Shown: positions 8,610-18,571, counted from the first letter of the stretch. The stretch is 31,777 nt of DNA from Bdellovibrionota bacterium (GCA_044347345.1 JBIKUX010000026.1:1-31777), one strand, 5' to 3'. Translations and numbers: made by a program. The notes: generated by a model not told the origin, from the sequence alone.

Positions 8610-9025
8610 ATGTCTAGTTGCGCAGTTCCATCTATAGAGAAATTGATACCGGAAGCGATAGAAGAGGGCCAGAAACCAAGGATTCCTCTAGTTGATGATG
8701 GTATACCGGTATCCCAAGAGATTTGTGGATAGAAATGATAAAACAAGAACTGAGAAGCCAGGGAATAGAAGAAGGCATGAAAATAAGGTTTCCACTTGAT
8801 GATTTCCCAGAAGGTTATGTTCCAGACCCCCCCCAACAGCTGACAGGGCCGGAATACTATAAAGTGCGGCCTCCATCTATAGGCTCTGATTTGGTAGGTG
8901 CTGGAGGATCCCCATCCCTAACACCTGCGGAGATAGGTAATGCGTTTCGGCAAGCGTATAACAACTGGAGAGTTGCCGAAACCTCAGAACCACCAAGTTC
9001 TCCTCGCTGCCCAGCAACAAGATAA
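8610..9025 (+). pseudogene. Probable frameshift-split hypothetical gene (40-aa ORF 8610-8732 plus a second frame open 8699-9025), or two small paralogous ORFs
   Basis: ATG 8610 gives MSSCAVPSIEKLIPEAIEEGQKPRIPLVDDGIPVSQEICG*. The -1 frame reads WYTGIPRDLWIEMIKQ... Both parts carry IEEGxKxRxPL(V)DD. Confidence 0.5.
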
Positions 9026-9055
9026 GCTTAAATAAATAGGTATATACCTACTTAC

Positions 9056-11101
9056 TTAACGAACTAGGTAGGTATAGCCATCTAGCACTTGTCGGTACTT
9101 TCGCTGAAATTGAGCTGACTCTTCTAAGGTTATAGCTCCTTGTCTAATTGCGAGCTCAAGAGACAGACGAAATTGACTTGTTAAGGTGGGGACAGTGTAC
9201 TCCACATAATCTAATACTTCTCTTATCGTGTCACCTTGAACTATTTCATTTATTTCGACAGAACCATCAGGTGCTACATCAACATGAACAACATTTGTGT
9301 CTCCAAACAAATTATGAAGACCACCTAATATTTCTTGATAAGCACCGACTAGAAATACACCAATATAATATCCACCCTCATCCCAGCGAGGCTCATGACA
9401 TAATAAGTAGTTATTTACATCTCTAAGGTCGATAAAGCGTGATATTTCACCGTCGCTATCGCAAGTAAGGTCAGCAAGAGTTGCACGTCGTTTTGGCCTT
9501 TCGCCAAGTCGCTGAATGGGCATGATTGGAAAAAGTTGATCAATAGCCCATGAATCTAGCATCGATTGAAAAAGAGAAAAATTACAAAAATAGGTATCGC
9601 GCAGAGTATCTTCGAGAGATTTTAGTTCGTCAGGAATATATCGCAAATTTTGTGATAGATTAACTAATTTTTGGCTGAGATATTTGAGTACTTGCTCTGC
9701 GTAAGCTCGCTCCTCTATGCCTAATTTTCCCTGAACAAAGTGTTCAATTATGTCCTCACGAAGTCCCAACATTTCATTGAGTGTTTCTTGAAAATTTTTG
9801 AGCACAACGCCTGTGTATAATTCATGTAGTCTTTGCAACAGATCATCATCAAACGGGCACTCTTCCGGCGGAGGGGTACCGTTTATTCCTGGTGCTACAT
9901 CAATTACTTCGGTTACCAAAATTGCGTGATGTGCCACTAAAGCTCGGCCTGATTCGCTCACTAGATCAGGATGGCGAACTCCTGCCTCTTCACAAGCTTC
10001 ATAGACTGCCGCTACAATACTGTCAGCATACTCTTGCACCGAGTAGTTCATGGAGGATTCAAAATTTGAGCTAGATCCATCATAATCGACTCCCAAACCA
10101 CCTCCAACATCCAGAAGTGACATTGATGGGCACCTCTTTGCTAATTCTACATACATTCGCGTGGCTTCTTTTAATACCTTTCGATATGTATGGATAGCTG
10201 GAATCTGGCTGCCGATATGAAAATGTAAGAGCGAGAGCCACCCTAGTTTATTGCGGGATTCAAGTAGAGTTAAAAGTTTTAAAATTTGTGTAGTAGTGAG
10301 GCCAAACTTCGCTTTATCACCACTAGATGCTGACCACAGTCCAGCACTTTTTGATGATGGTTTAATGCGCACTCCTAATTCTGCTTCAACATGTAATCGC
10401 TCAGCTATCGCTAATACCTTATCTAGTTCATAAAATTGCTCTATTATTATAATAGACCGTCGCCCAAGTTTGCGAGCCATAAGGGCAAGTTCAATGTATT
10501 CATCATCTTTATAGCCATTACATAAGAGTAACGAATTTGGCTCCCATTGAAGCGATAAAACTGCCAGTAATTCTGGCTTGCTGCCTACTTCTAAGCCAAT
10601 CGGTTGATGGACTCCTGATTTACGAATTGCCTCAACAACGTGTCCCTGAGGGTTAACTTTGAGTGGAAAAGCGACTGTGTAAGTGCCGTGGTAGCCGTAG
10701 TCTGCTAATGCTTTTTGAAAAGCGTCTTGTAGTTTTCTAGTTCTGTTACGAATTATTCCATCAAATCTAAATAGAATTGGAGCATCAATTCCACGTTGTT
10801 CGAGCGATTTAGTTAGTTCGAAGAGGTCGCAACATGGCCCATTTGGCTCTGATCTTACTACAACATGACCGAGCTCGTTGATGCTAAAGTAATGTTCGCC
10901 CCAATCGCGCACCCTGTATAAGTCGCTACTGTTATCTACCTTCCATTCTTTAGACTCAAAATACTGAGAGTGCAGATTGTGCTGGGTGTTACTTGAATTA
11001 TCGATATTCCTGTCTGAAGAGGTTAAACTTGAAGCAGTAACGATAGTTTCATTATTGCAACGCTCTTTTTCTGTGTAATCGCTAGAAGAGGACTCACTCA
11101 T
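9056..11101 (-). CDS. speA: Biosynthetic arginine decarboxylase
   Basis: FPLKVN (PLP lysine), GLEVGSKPEL, CNGYKD, HFHIGSQI, DVGGGLGVDYDG, ESGRA, TCDSDG, GAYQEILG..HNLFG. Confidence 0.97.
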   Translation of the reverse strand: MSESSSSDYTEKERCNNETIVTASSLTSSDRNIDNSSNTQHNLHSQYFESKEWKVDNSSDLYRVRDWGEHYFSINELGHVVVRSEPNGPCCDLFELTKSLEQRGIDAPILFRFDGIIRNRTRKLQDAFQKALADYGYHGTYTVAFPLKVNPQGHVVEAIRKSGVHQPIGLEVGSKPELLAVLSLQWEPNSLLLCNGYKDDEYIELALMARKLGRRSIIIIEQFYELDKVLAIAERLHVEAELGVRIKPSSKSAGLWSASSGDKAKFGLTTTQILKLLTLLESRNKLGWLSLLHFHIGSQIPAIHTYRKVLKEATRMYVELAKRCPSMSLLDVGGGLGVDYDGSSSNFESSMNYSVQEYADSIVAAVYEACEEAGVRHPDLVSESGRALVAHHAILVTEVIDVAPGINGTPPPEECPFDDDLLQRLHELYTGVVLKNFQETLNEMLGLREDIIEHFVQGKLGIEERAYAEQVLKYLSQKLVNLSQNLRYIPDELKSLEDTLRDTYFCNFSLFQSMLDSWAIDQLFPIMPIQRLGERPKRRATLADLTCDSDGEISRFIDLRDVNNYLLCHEPRWDEGGYYIGVFLVGAYQEILGGLHNLFGDTNVVHVDVAPDGSVEINEIVQGDTIREVLDYVEYTVPTLTSQFRLSLELAIRQGAITLEESAQFQRKYRQVLDGYTYLVR

Positions 11102-11224
11102 GGCTTAATAGTTTCCGTAATCGTAAGAGACGATAACGTATACTAATTTACGGGATTACACCAAGGGATCCTTTTTATCATTTATAAGTTTTATACGTTT
11201 GTCTTCTGAGTGGGTCTATGAAAG

Positions 11225-11641
11225 CTAACCTGCATCGCTAACTAGTGGTGATGCAATTATAGAGATACAAAACCTCTTCTTTTTATCCTCCTGTTTGATT
11301 ATGCCTTTGACTTTAGCATGACAGCCTATGGTTAGTTCACCAAATATCCAAGTATTGTTTGTAGTAATCAGATCTATGCCATTTATGGCAAAAAGGGTGT
11401 TGGTGCCATGTTTTAGTATCCCTTCAAGGGTAAATTGGCTGTGTTTTGTAACGCTGGGGTGGTGAGCGGGCGTCCGGGCCCGTTTATGACTGGTAAGCAC
11501 ACTTTTACAACTTTTTTTCGTTAGTAATGCATAGGTTCTGCTCAGATTTTTTTGAGAGAAAGTTTTATGTAACAGATGTAAGGGTTGTTGGATTAGTTTT
11601 GCTTCAGGTAGGTTACTCAGCAATCGTATTAGGGTTTCCAT
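11225..11641 (-). CDS. Hypothetical protein with a C-terminal DUF5666-like beta domain
   Basis: Good RBS (AGAGGA). The pattern FTLEG...INGI....T...GEL.IG..AKVKG resembles DUF5666. Confidence 0.6.
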   Translation of the reverse strand: METLIRLLSNLPEAKLIQQPLHLLHKTFSQKNLSRTYALLTKKSCKSVLTSHKRARTPAHHPSVTKHSQFTLEGILKHGTNTLFAINGIDLITTNNTWIFGELTIGCHAKVKGIIKQEDKKKRFCISIIASPLVSDAG

Positions 11642-11725
11642 ATAATATCCTCTTTTTCTTTCTCTTCCTCTCCGCTCATTGAGTTAACTTGATTTTTAGT
11701 GCCTTTTTGTTAACGAGAGCTAGGG

Positions 11726-11741
11726 GCATGGGGCATGCCAA
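11726..11741 (-). promoter_or_regulatory. Candidate sigma-54 (-24/-12) promoter TTGGCATG-CCCC-ATGC
   Basis: GG-N10-GC spacing is exact; close to the TGGCAC-N5-TTGC consensus; about 85 bp upstream of ATG 11641 and correctly oriented. Confidence 0.65.
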
Positions 11742-11841
11742 TTTAATTATTTTTTGTGACTAGGCTTCCTATAGGCACAAGATCACGTCGCTTTTAGGAA
11801 TTAAAAGGATGCTTTTGCAGGTTAGGTATCACAAGACTGAG

Positions 11842-11859
11842 TAGGAAACAGGTTTCCTA
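11842..11859. promoter_or_regulatory. Perfect palindrome TAGGAAAC-AG-GTTTCCTA, candidate enhancer-binding-protein site
   Basis: 8-2-8 inverted repeat about 100 bp upstream of the -24 element. Confidence 0.55.
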
Positions 11860-12222
11860 ATGGTCTGCAAAAAAATGCTAGGACTGCTAATTAGCTGACG
11901 CTCCAAAAGTGACTTTTTCATATTTCTCTCGACACTACCCAATTGTAATTGTAGTGGGGTTTTATTTGTTAATATTTATTAACGGCGGAGGTGAGATGGC
12001 TCCCACCCTGTGGATACTCATCTCTGAATGTCATGGCGAAAAAATCGGTTTTTTTTGCACAACTTAAAAAGGCATAGTTAGGCTCCTAAATACCGCTTTT
12101 CTATCTCATTTTGTGAAGAGTCTAGGCTACCCTTCAAAAGATTAAGAAAAGGGTGCCCTGTGCACCATGGCCTTATTAATTGATTACACATGTTGAACAG
12201 TTTTTTGCTCAACTCATATAGC

Positions 12223-13341
12223 TTAGTTATTTAATATCGATAATACTTTATTCCTAATTAATTCTCGTTCATCTAGAGTGCTGCTCACCGCTGTAACGTG
12301 ACCTAACTTACGAGCAGACCTAGGCTCTTTACCGTAAAGATGGAGAACGGTTTTTGGTATACTTAAAATTTTTGACTTACTAGGCGCGCTCCCAATTATA
12401 TTACCCATCCACGGATAACCAATAATCTCGGGACTTCCGAGTGGAAGACCCGCCGCTGCTCTTACAGCTTGATTAAATTGGCTTGTATGTGCTCCTTCTA
12501 TAGTCCAGTGGCCACTGTTGTGAACTCGTGGGGCTACTTCATTGGCAATTAATCCTGATGATGTTAAAAAAAATTCTACAGTTAAAACTCCAATGTAGTT
12601 GAGAGATTTAGCTATTTTAGCAATAATTTCTTTTGCTTGAGGAACGTATTGTTCTAAAGAACAATCTGGACAACTTTCCCTTAGTATACCGTCTTGGTGA
12701 TAATTTTTAATTAGCGGATATTGCACAGGTGGATTATCAAGGCTACACCCGGCGATGACCGAGAGCTCTTCATCAAAGGATACAATTTTTTCGATAATGC
12801 ACGGGGAGTTTTGTAATAAGGTGGTGCATTGGTCAGTAATTTTTGAGTGATCTAAAATTAAATCTTCTGCTGATATTCTGATTTGACCTTTGCCGTCGTA
12901 GCCTGACCGGCGAGTTTTAACTATTGCACCCTGTTTAGTATCACCATTTAGGATAAATTCTCTGATTTCTGCTACGTTATTGATTGCTTTGTACGGTGCC
13001 ACAGGAATTCCGCAACATTCAAGAAACTCTTTCTCTAGTAGGCGATCTTGAAAAATTCTAATGGCAGAAATGTTTGGGCGACATTTATCGGCAAATTCTT
13101 CTTCGAGCAGGTCAAGCACAGCTATAGGGATATTTTCAAATTCAAAGGTTACAATATCGACTGATTGTACAAATTGACGCACATTTTCTGTAGTGAGCAA
13201 ACCGTGCTGATATCCAAAAAAACGGCTCGCTGGAGCAACCGCAGAATCACCTAAAATTGCCATTGCTATTCCGAGTCGTAAACCTTCTTCAGCTATCATC
13301 ATGCCCAGTTGTCCGCCGCCAAGAATGCCGATTTTTGTCAT
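12223..13341 (-). CDS. purK: N5-carboxyaminoimidazole ribonucleotide synthase
   Basis: GILGGGQLGMM, TFEFENI, QDRLLEK, GYDGKGQ, NEVAPRVHNSGHWT, HLYGK..R..RKLGH. Confidence 0.97.
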   Translation of the reverse strand: MTKIGILGGGQLGMMIAEEGLRLGIAMAILGDSAVAPASRFFGYQHGLLTTENVRQFVQSVDIVTFEFENIPIAVLDLLEEEFADKCRPNISAIRIFQDRLLEKEFLECCGIPVAPYKAINNVAEIREFILNGDTKQGAIVKTRRSGYDGKGQIRISAEDLILDHSKITDQCTTLLQNSPCIIEKIVSFDEELSVIAGCSLDNPPVQYPLIKNYHQDGILRESCPDCSLEQYVPQAKEIIAKIAKSLNYIGVLTVEFFLTSSGLIANEVAPRVHNSGHWTIEGAHTSQFNQAVRAAAGLPLGSPEIIGYPWMGNIIGSAPSKSKILSIPKTVLHLYGKEPRSARKLGHVTAVSSTLDERELIRNKVLSILNN

Positions 13342-13403
13342 AGGTAATTTCTCAATTTATCTTTTTTTTCTGATTTTTACTGATTAGTGTTTTAAAGCAT
13401 GGA

Positions 13404-13946
13404 TTATGGGATTTCTAGAAACGATTGTTGTAACACTTGTTCTGTCTGTTGAGTTCGGTATTGTCGCACTGATTGGCGAATATCGGGATATTCGCCACTT
13501 AAAATCTGGGCTGCTAAAAGAGCTGCATTTTTAGCTCCAGCATCACCGATTGCAACTGTTGCAACCGGAACTCCGGCTGGCATCTGCACAATTGAAAGTA
13601 GCGAATCAAGACCTCTTAATGCATGTGATAAAATTGGAACACCGATAACAGGTAGAAGGGTCTTTGAAGCGGCCATGCCGGGTAGATGTGCGGCGCCACC
13701 GGCTCCGGCTATCAATACTTTTATTTGTCTAGCTTCCAGTTGGCTAACGTACTCAAATAGTAGGTCTGGAGTGCGATGAGCAGACACTACTCGAGCTTCG
13801 TACGGAATGTTCAGCAGGGTTAAAGTATCTGTGACATGTTGCATACATGTCCAGTCTGACTTTGAACCCATAATAACAGCTACTATTGGGCTCGGTGAAC
13901 CAGACTTGGATTCTGACGACAAGGGAGGGTAAGGAAAAGAATTCAT
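13404..13946 (-). CDS. purE: N5-CAIR mutase (class I PurE)
   Basis: [43 protein letters not shown]; lies upstream of purK. Confidence 0.97.
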   Translation of the reverse strand: MNSFPYPPLSSESKSGSPSPIVAVIMGSKSDWTCMQHVTDTLTLLNIPYEARVVSAHRTPDLLFEYVSQLEARQIKVLIAGAGGAAHLPGMAASKTLLPVIGVPILSHALRGLDSLLSIVQMPAGVPVATVAIGDAGAKNAALLAAQILSGEYPDIRQSVRQYRTQQTEQVLQQSFLEIP

Positions 13947-14016
13947 AAAGTTACCATAATTGCCTTAAGCTAAAGCTCAGGGTACAACCTATACGTTACA
14001 CTTTTCTGGATGTCGA

Positions 14017-14772
14017 ATGGCAGAATTATTTTCCTTAGAGGGACTCATATCTCTACTGGCTCTTACTTCTCTAGAAATAATTTTAGGGATAGATAATATT
14101 ATTTTTATAGCTATTGTTTGTGGAAAGCTTCCATTAGCTTTGCAAGAAAAGGCGCGAGTGATTGGTTTGTCACTAGCTGTAATTACTCGAATTCTTCTGC
14201 TTTTAATGTTATCATTTTTCATTGGCCTTACTGCTCCGTTATTCGTTGTTGCGGGGCATGATGTTTCCTTACGGTCACTTATTTTATTTATTGGTGGAGC
14301 TTTTTTAATTTACAAGGCTACTCATGAAATACACAACTATGTGGTTCATGATAGTGACCAAGCTAAGAATGGGTCAGCATCCAGTAAGGGAGGAGGTCCA
14401 AGTTTTTGGGGGGTATTAGGGCAAATTCTGCTAGTGGATCTGGTATTTTCTTTTGATTCTGTGATCACAGCAGTAGGGGTAGCTAAGGCTCAGTCTGTAA
14501 TGGTAGTATCTATAATCGTAGCAGTTGCTGTGATGCTGGCCTTTTCGGGCGTAATAGTGCGATTTATTCACACTTACCCTACCTTAAAAATGTTAGCCCT
14601 ATCTTTTATCTTGCTAATTGGAGTGTTACTCACCATGGAGGGGGCAGGTAAGGAGATTGAACGGTCTTATATCTATTTTGCTATGGCATTTTCTCTGGCT
14701 GTAGAAGTTGCAAACATATCGCGAGCTCGTATCGTTAAGTCGAGTAGACCGGAAGATGAAGATGTAGGATAG
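14017..14772 (+). CDS. TerC family integral membrane protein
   Basis: LEIILGIDNIIFI, FLIYKATHEI, DLVFSFDSVITAVG, LALSFILLIG, YIYFAMAFS. Confidence 0.93.
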   Translation: MAELFSLEGLISLLALTSLEIILGIDNIIFIAIVCGKLPLALQEKARVIGLSLAVITRILLLLMLSFFIGLTAPLFVVAGHDVSLRSLILFIGGAFLIYKATHEIHNYVVHDSDQAKNGSASSKGGGPSFWGVLGQILLVDLVFSFDSVITAVGVAKAQSVMVVSIIVAVAVMLAFSGVIVRFIHTYPTLKMLALSFILLIGVLLTMEGAGKEIERSYIYFAMAFSLAVEVANISRARIVKSSRPEDEDVG

Positions 14773-14794
14773 TAAATGCAGACGCCTTACTTAA

Positions 14795-14906
14795 ACTGTA
14801 GAGTAACTACAACACAGTAATTTACAACACAGTAATTTACAACACAGTAATGACTGTAGGGTAACTTTTTAACACAGTAACTTTTTAAACCAACAACTTT
14901 TTAACA
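14795..14906. repeat. Degenerate intergenic tandem array with 15-16-bp period (TACAACACAGTAATT x3; GTAACTTTTTAA(C) variants x3; ACTGTAG(A/G)GTAACT x2)
   Basis: Units at 14808, 14823 and 14838; at 14861, 14877 and about 14893; and at 14795 and 14853. Confidence 0.9.
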
Positions 14907-15078
14907 GCGCGTCGCCGTACCACCATATTTTAAGACCAGGGCATTTTTTATGAAATTATGCTCAGATTTTTCTAAATCGATTCATATCCTTGCAATATAT
15001 CGCATATTTGTAGCGTATATGGTTTTGTGTTCTTAGCCCTTTTAGATATTGTGTTATTAATTTCAGGCGGAATTTATT

Positions 15079-18000
15079 TTGCTAGAAAGAATTTTATCAG
15101 TACTTTTTAGCGCACAGTCGATTGCAGATGCACCAAACTGCATTCCGGTAGTACCAGGTGGGTCAAGTGCCTGTCCTGCATCTGTATTTAATTCCGTAAC
15201 AGCTGCTTTTGCTACTCAAGGGTATTGGATTCAAGCTGATATTCTTTGGTACCTAAATAATACCGGCATGGGTACGTGGGCTATTCTTATTTATGTTATA
15301 GCTGCAATTAGCGGCCTTATTAGTATGGCGATGGGATTTCCGCCGAAGCTTTACCTTTGGTTCCTTATCGGGCCGGGAATTTATCATTGGCTTGTGCAAG
15401 ACACAGTGCCGGTTTTGGGCGTCCGATGGAATGTGGGGCCTCAAACATCCGATGACAGAGATCGGCAAGAGCGAGCTCAAAGAGAAGTGTTTCGGCTGGC
15501 TGAAGCTGGGTTAGCAAATGCTAGTATCCTGAGGGGAGGGCATAGTCTTGCGCCTGGCTCAATAACTGATTTATCCGGGTTTCTCGGAAATGATTTTGGT
15601 AAAGTTGAAGTCTCGAATTTATTTCTTTGGTATGACACTCTTCTTAGTGATTTAGCCGAATGGTTTATTGAGTGGACTGGAGTTTTTTATCTTGCTGGAG
15701 CCAACAATTCTATTTTAGCCGACGGCATCAGTAGTTTGCCACCTGAGATTGTTCGTACGGCAGGTGCCATAGGAGTCATTGGAGTAGAAGACTCCAATCG
15801 TGAAGATGACCAGCACTGGTCACTATCCACGCTCAAGTGGGAATATTTGCAAGATATTACAGGCGCACATCTCCACAGTGGGGATGTTAGAGATGCTTTT
15901 ACTACGTTTCTCTCCAGCGAGTGTGGAGACGCTTTTGAGGCCGGCTTAGATGAGGCGGCGTTTCTTGCTTCGGCAACAGCTAAAGGAGCTAACATACCAG
16001 CAAGTGTATTTACAGCTCCGGGTACGATTTCGCAAATTACAGGATTGCCTCAGGAGGGATTATATGTTGAGGCTACACGATATATGTCAAGTGTAGCTAT
16101 GCCTACTCCCAAGTCAATGCGGTCAATACTGAGAGAAGATGGCGTAGGGAGCTTTCGTAAGGCGTTTCCGTTCATAGAGACTGAAGCGTTTCGTGAGCAA
16201 AATATGTTTGAGACAGTTCGGTGTGACCAGTATCTGTATCTTCTTGTGCAGATGTTTCGATGGGAAGCTGGCCATCAGTTTTACCAAATGATCAGTGGTT
16301 TGCCGGCTGGTGTTACTCCAGCTACTCTTCTTTATACGTTGTTTTATGGTTGGGAATTTAGAAATCTGGATGGAGATAACATTTTTGATCTGGATTTTTT
16401 AAGGCGGATAGCGAGTCCCCGCACATTTATTGGCCAGTATGATCTTAGGCAGCTTGCAGCTTTTACTACTGACCTAATTCTGGTTCATTTGTTGCGCAAT
16501 GAGTTTGCGATAGCGCCAAAACCTTTCACCAAAAGACAGAGCTCTTCTCAAGAGGCGATAGATTGGTCTCGCATTTATCAAGCTACTCTTGGATCAAAGA
16601 CTAAGTTTGGTGAGGTTTATACATGGGCAACTCTCTTACCTTATGTGCAGGGTGTTCTTTTGTACCTTCTGGCGATTGCCTACCCGTTTGTGTGTCTTTT
16701 TATTTTAATTCCGGGATGGCACAAAATTATCTTTACATGGATGACCTTTTGGGCGTGGGTAAAATTGTGGGATGTTGGGTTTGCTATAGTAGTTGTTTTA
16801 GAGCGTAGTGTTTGGACCATGTTAGGGAGTAACACTGATGCTGTGCGACTTTTTTCGCGAGTATGGTCTATGCAGGAGCATGGACGGGTTGCAATTGACT
16901 GTCCTCAATCTTTAATTCAATTCTCTCTTTCTCCTCCTTTTGGTGTTTGTCGACCTGGTGTCGTGCCAGATGTGATTTTGAGCCGCTCTTCGGATGCTCA
17001 GTCGCTAATACCTTGGTTTGACACTTTGCGAATTTTTGACAAAGCGTTAACTCTTGGTCCGGCTATGGATTTAGATTTAGCGAACGGCTGGTACATTTAT
17101 ATAATGTCAGCTTTATATTTTGCTGTGCCTGCTGTGACGGGGCAGATAGTTTTGGGAGCTAAATCAGGAGCGGCATCTCTTGCCACTCAAGCTATTCAGG
17201 GTACAGCTCAGGAGGTAGGACGTTCTGTCGGGACTTCCCATACTGCGCAAATAGGGAATCTCGGAGTAGCAAATACAGCGTCACTAGGGCAGGCAGCCTA
17301 CGCTAAATCAATGCGACAGGATGGTGAAGGTTTGGGGTTAGGTGCGCTTCAGCTTGGAAATCGTTCACTGCGAGGTGAGGCATGGAAGGATGCAACCGGC
17401 GTTCAATCTTCTGCGTTAGGCCAAATGTCAAGGGTAGCGGGGCTTTATCGGGATTCTCGTCAAGATGCGTTAACGGCTGGAATGGCGGTGCTTTCGGGAG
17501 CGGCTACCGTGGGAGAAAGAGCATTGCCGGCAGTAGCTAATAGTGCCGGGAGTATTTTAGGCGCTTTTGGTAAGTGGGCTTCAAGAAACGGAGGATCCGG
17601 TCCCTTAGCTAATGGCATGAATCAGCTGGGAAACTATGGTGCTATAGCTATGACTGCTTTTGGTCAAGCATCGAGTATCGCTCAGTCTGTAGGAAGTTAT
17701 GGTCGTAATGAGGTAAATCGGCAAGCGCAAATTTTATATGATGCTCAGCAAGCACAGGCCGCTGTAAGTGGTTTCTTTTACGGTGGTGAAGCAAGGGGTT
17801 TGCGAGATTCAGCGGGTAAGTATGAAAAGGCTGCAGAGCAGAAGGCCTCTGATGCTGTGTGGGCAGCGCAGCGTGATTTTGCCAATCAAGTTTCAGGATA
17901 TATGGGAGCTCAGGGTATTAGTGACCCTAAATTTACCCCTTCATCTAAGGCTAAGGATCTAACTGGGATGAGTTTTGAGGGGCAGATGGGAGTGCCTTTT

Positions 18001-18399
18001 CAGGAGGCTGCTCGCTATTCAGATCCGGCAACTGGCGCTTACGGTGAGTGGTTGTATGGAATGACTTCTGAGCTTCAGTCTCGGTATGGGGGGGAGGCTG
18101 TTGCTGATAGGTACCGGCCTGCAGCTATTGGTGATGAGCTTCAGTATGCAATTACCCAAGGTAACGAGGTATGGAAGCAAGCCTTTGGATCTGATGGTCA
18201 AAATATGTCTGAAAATTTATGGGGAGCTGTTACGGGTGGAGTTAGTGGTGAAGCTTCTTACGAAATTTTCAGACAATTTAATTCTGCGACTCCTCTTTAT
18301 ACTCAGGAAGACTTTAATAGAGGCCAACCTTTAGTTGCACCACCCCCTCAGTTTACTAACCCTTTTGTAACGCCAGTTACAGTGGATAAAGCCGCTTAA
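15079..18399 (+). CDS. Large membrane protein resembling F-type conjugative TraG (TraG_N) with a Gly/Ala-rich tail
   Basis: N-terminal TM pair, large soluble loop with a Cys pair, then LPYVQGVLLYLLAIAYPFV...WAWVKLWDVGFAIV typical of TraG_N, a final TM (ALYFAVPAVT) and a roughly 400-aa G/A/S/Q-rich tail. TTG start. Confidence 0.7.
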   Translation: MLERILSVLFSAQSIADAPNCIPVVPGGSSACPASVFNSVTAAFATQGYWIQADILWYLNNTGMGTWAILIYVIAAISGLISMAMGFPPKLYLWFLIGPGIYHWLVQDTVPVLGVRWNVGPQTSDDRDRQERAQREVFRLAEAGLANASILRGGHSLAPGSITDLSGFLGNDFGKVEVSNLFLWYDTLLSDLAEWFIEWTGVFYLAGANNSILADGISSLPPEIVRTAGAIGVIGVEDSNREDDQHWSLSTLKWEYLQDITGAHLHSGDVRDAFTTFLSSECGDAFEAGLDEAAFLASATAKGANIPASVFTAPGTISQITGLPQEGLYVEATRYMSSVAMPTPKSMRSILREDGVGSFRKAFPFIETEAFREQNMFETVRCDQYLYLLVQMFRWEAGHQFYQMISGLPAGVTPATLLYTLFYGWEFRNLDGDNIFDLDFLRRIASPRTFIGQYDLRQLAAFTTDLILVHLLRNEFAIAPKPFTKRQSSSQEAIDWSRIYQATLGSKTKFGEVYTWATLLPYVQGVLLYLLAIAYPFVCLFILIPGWHKIIFTWMTFWAWVKLWDVGFAIVVVLERSVWTMLGSNTDAVRLFSRVWSMQEHGRVAIDCPQSLIQFSLSPPFGVCRPGVVPDVILSRSSDAQSLIPWFDTLRIFDKALTLGPAMDLDLANGWYIYIMSALYFAVPAVTGQIVLGAKSGAASLATQAIQGTAQEVGRSVGTSHTAQIGNLGVANTASLGQAAYAKSMRQDGEGLGLGALQLGNRSLRGEAWKDATGVQSSALGQMSRVAGLYRDSRQDALTAGMAVLSGAATVGERALPAVANSAGSILGAFGKWASRNGGSGPLANGMNQLGNYGAIAMTAFGQASSIAQSVGSYGRNEVNRQAQILYDAQQAQAAVSGFFYGGEARGLRDSAGKYEKAAEQKASDAVWAAQRDFANQVSGYMGAQGISDPKFTPSSKAKDLTGMSFEGQMGVPFQEAARYSDPATGAYGEWLYGMTSELQSRYGGEAVADRYRPAAIGDELQYAITQGNEVWKQAFGSDGQNMSENLWGAVTGGVSGEASYEIFRQFNSATPLYTQEDFNRGQPLVAPPPQFTNPFVTPVTVDKAA

Positions 18400-18571
18400 T
18401 CTTTATAGTATTATCCCGTAATCTCTTTAATAGTTACTCGAGATTTTGTAATTCGGATCTTTTGTTTCCTTCTACCATCTAAAACAAAGGGGGCGCCATT
18501 TAGTTTATGGCATTTAGGTTATGTAGGTGGAAAGATGCTGTCACACAGTTACTTTAGAAGGAAACAAGTCA

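Noticed and set aside
8498-8876. Minus-strand ORFs 8498-8836 and 8688-8876
   Set aside because: They are antisense shadows of the plus-strand repeat-bearing ORFs and run into AT-rich intergenic DNA.
11985-12040. Fluoride riboswitch-like GGTGAGATGGCTCCCACC
   Set aside because: Lacks the downstream conserved pseudoknot segment, and there is no plus-strand gene downstream.
13947-14016. yybP-ykoY riboswitch before TerC, or a purine/ZMP riboswitch before purE
   Set aside because: Only 70 bp shared by divergent genes, and no consensus visible.
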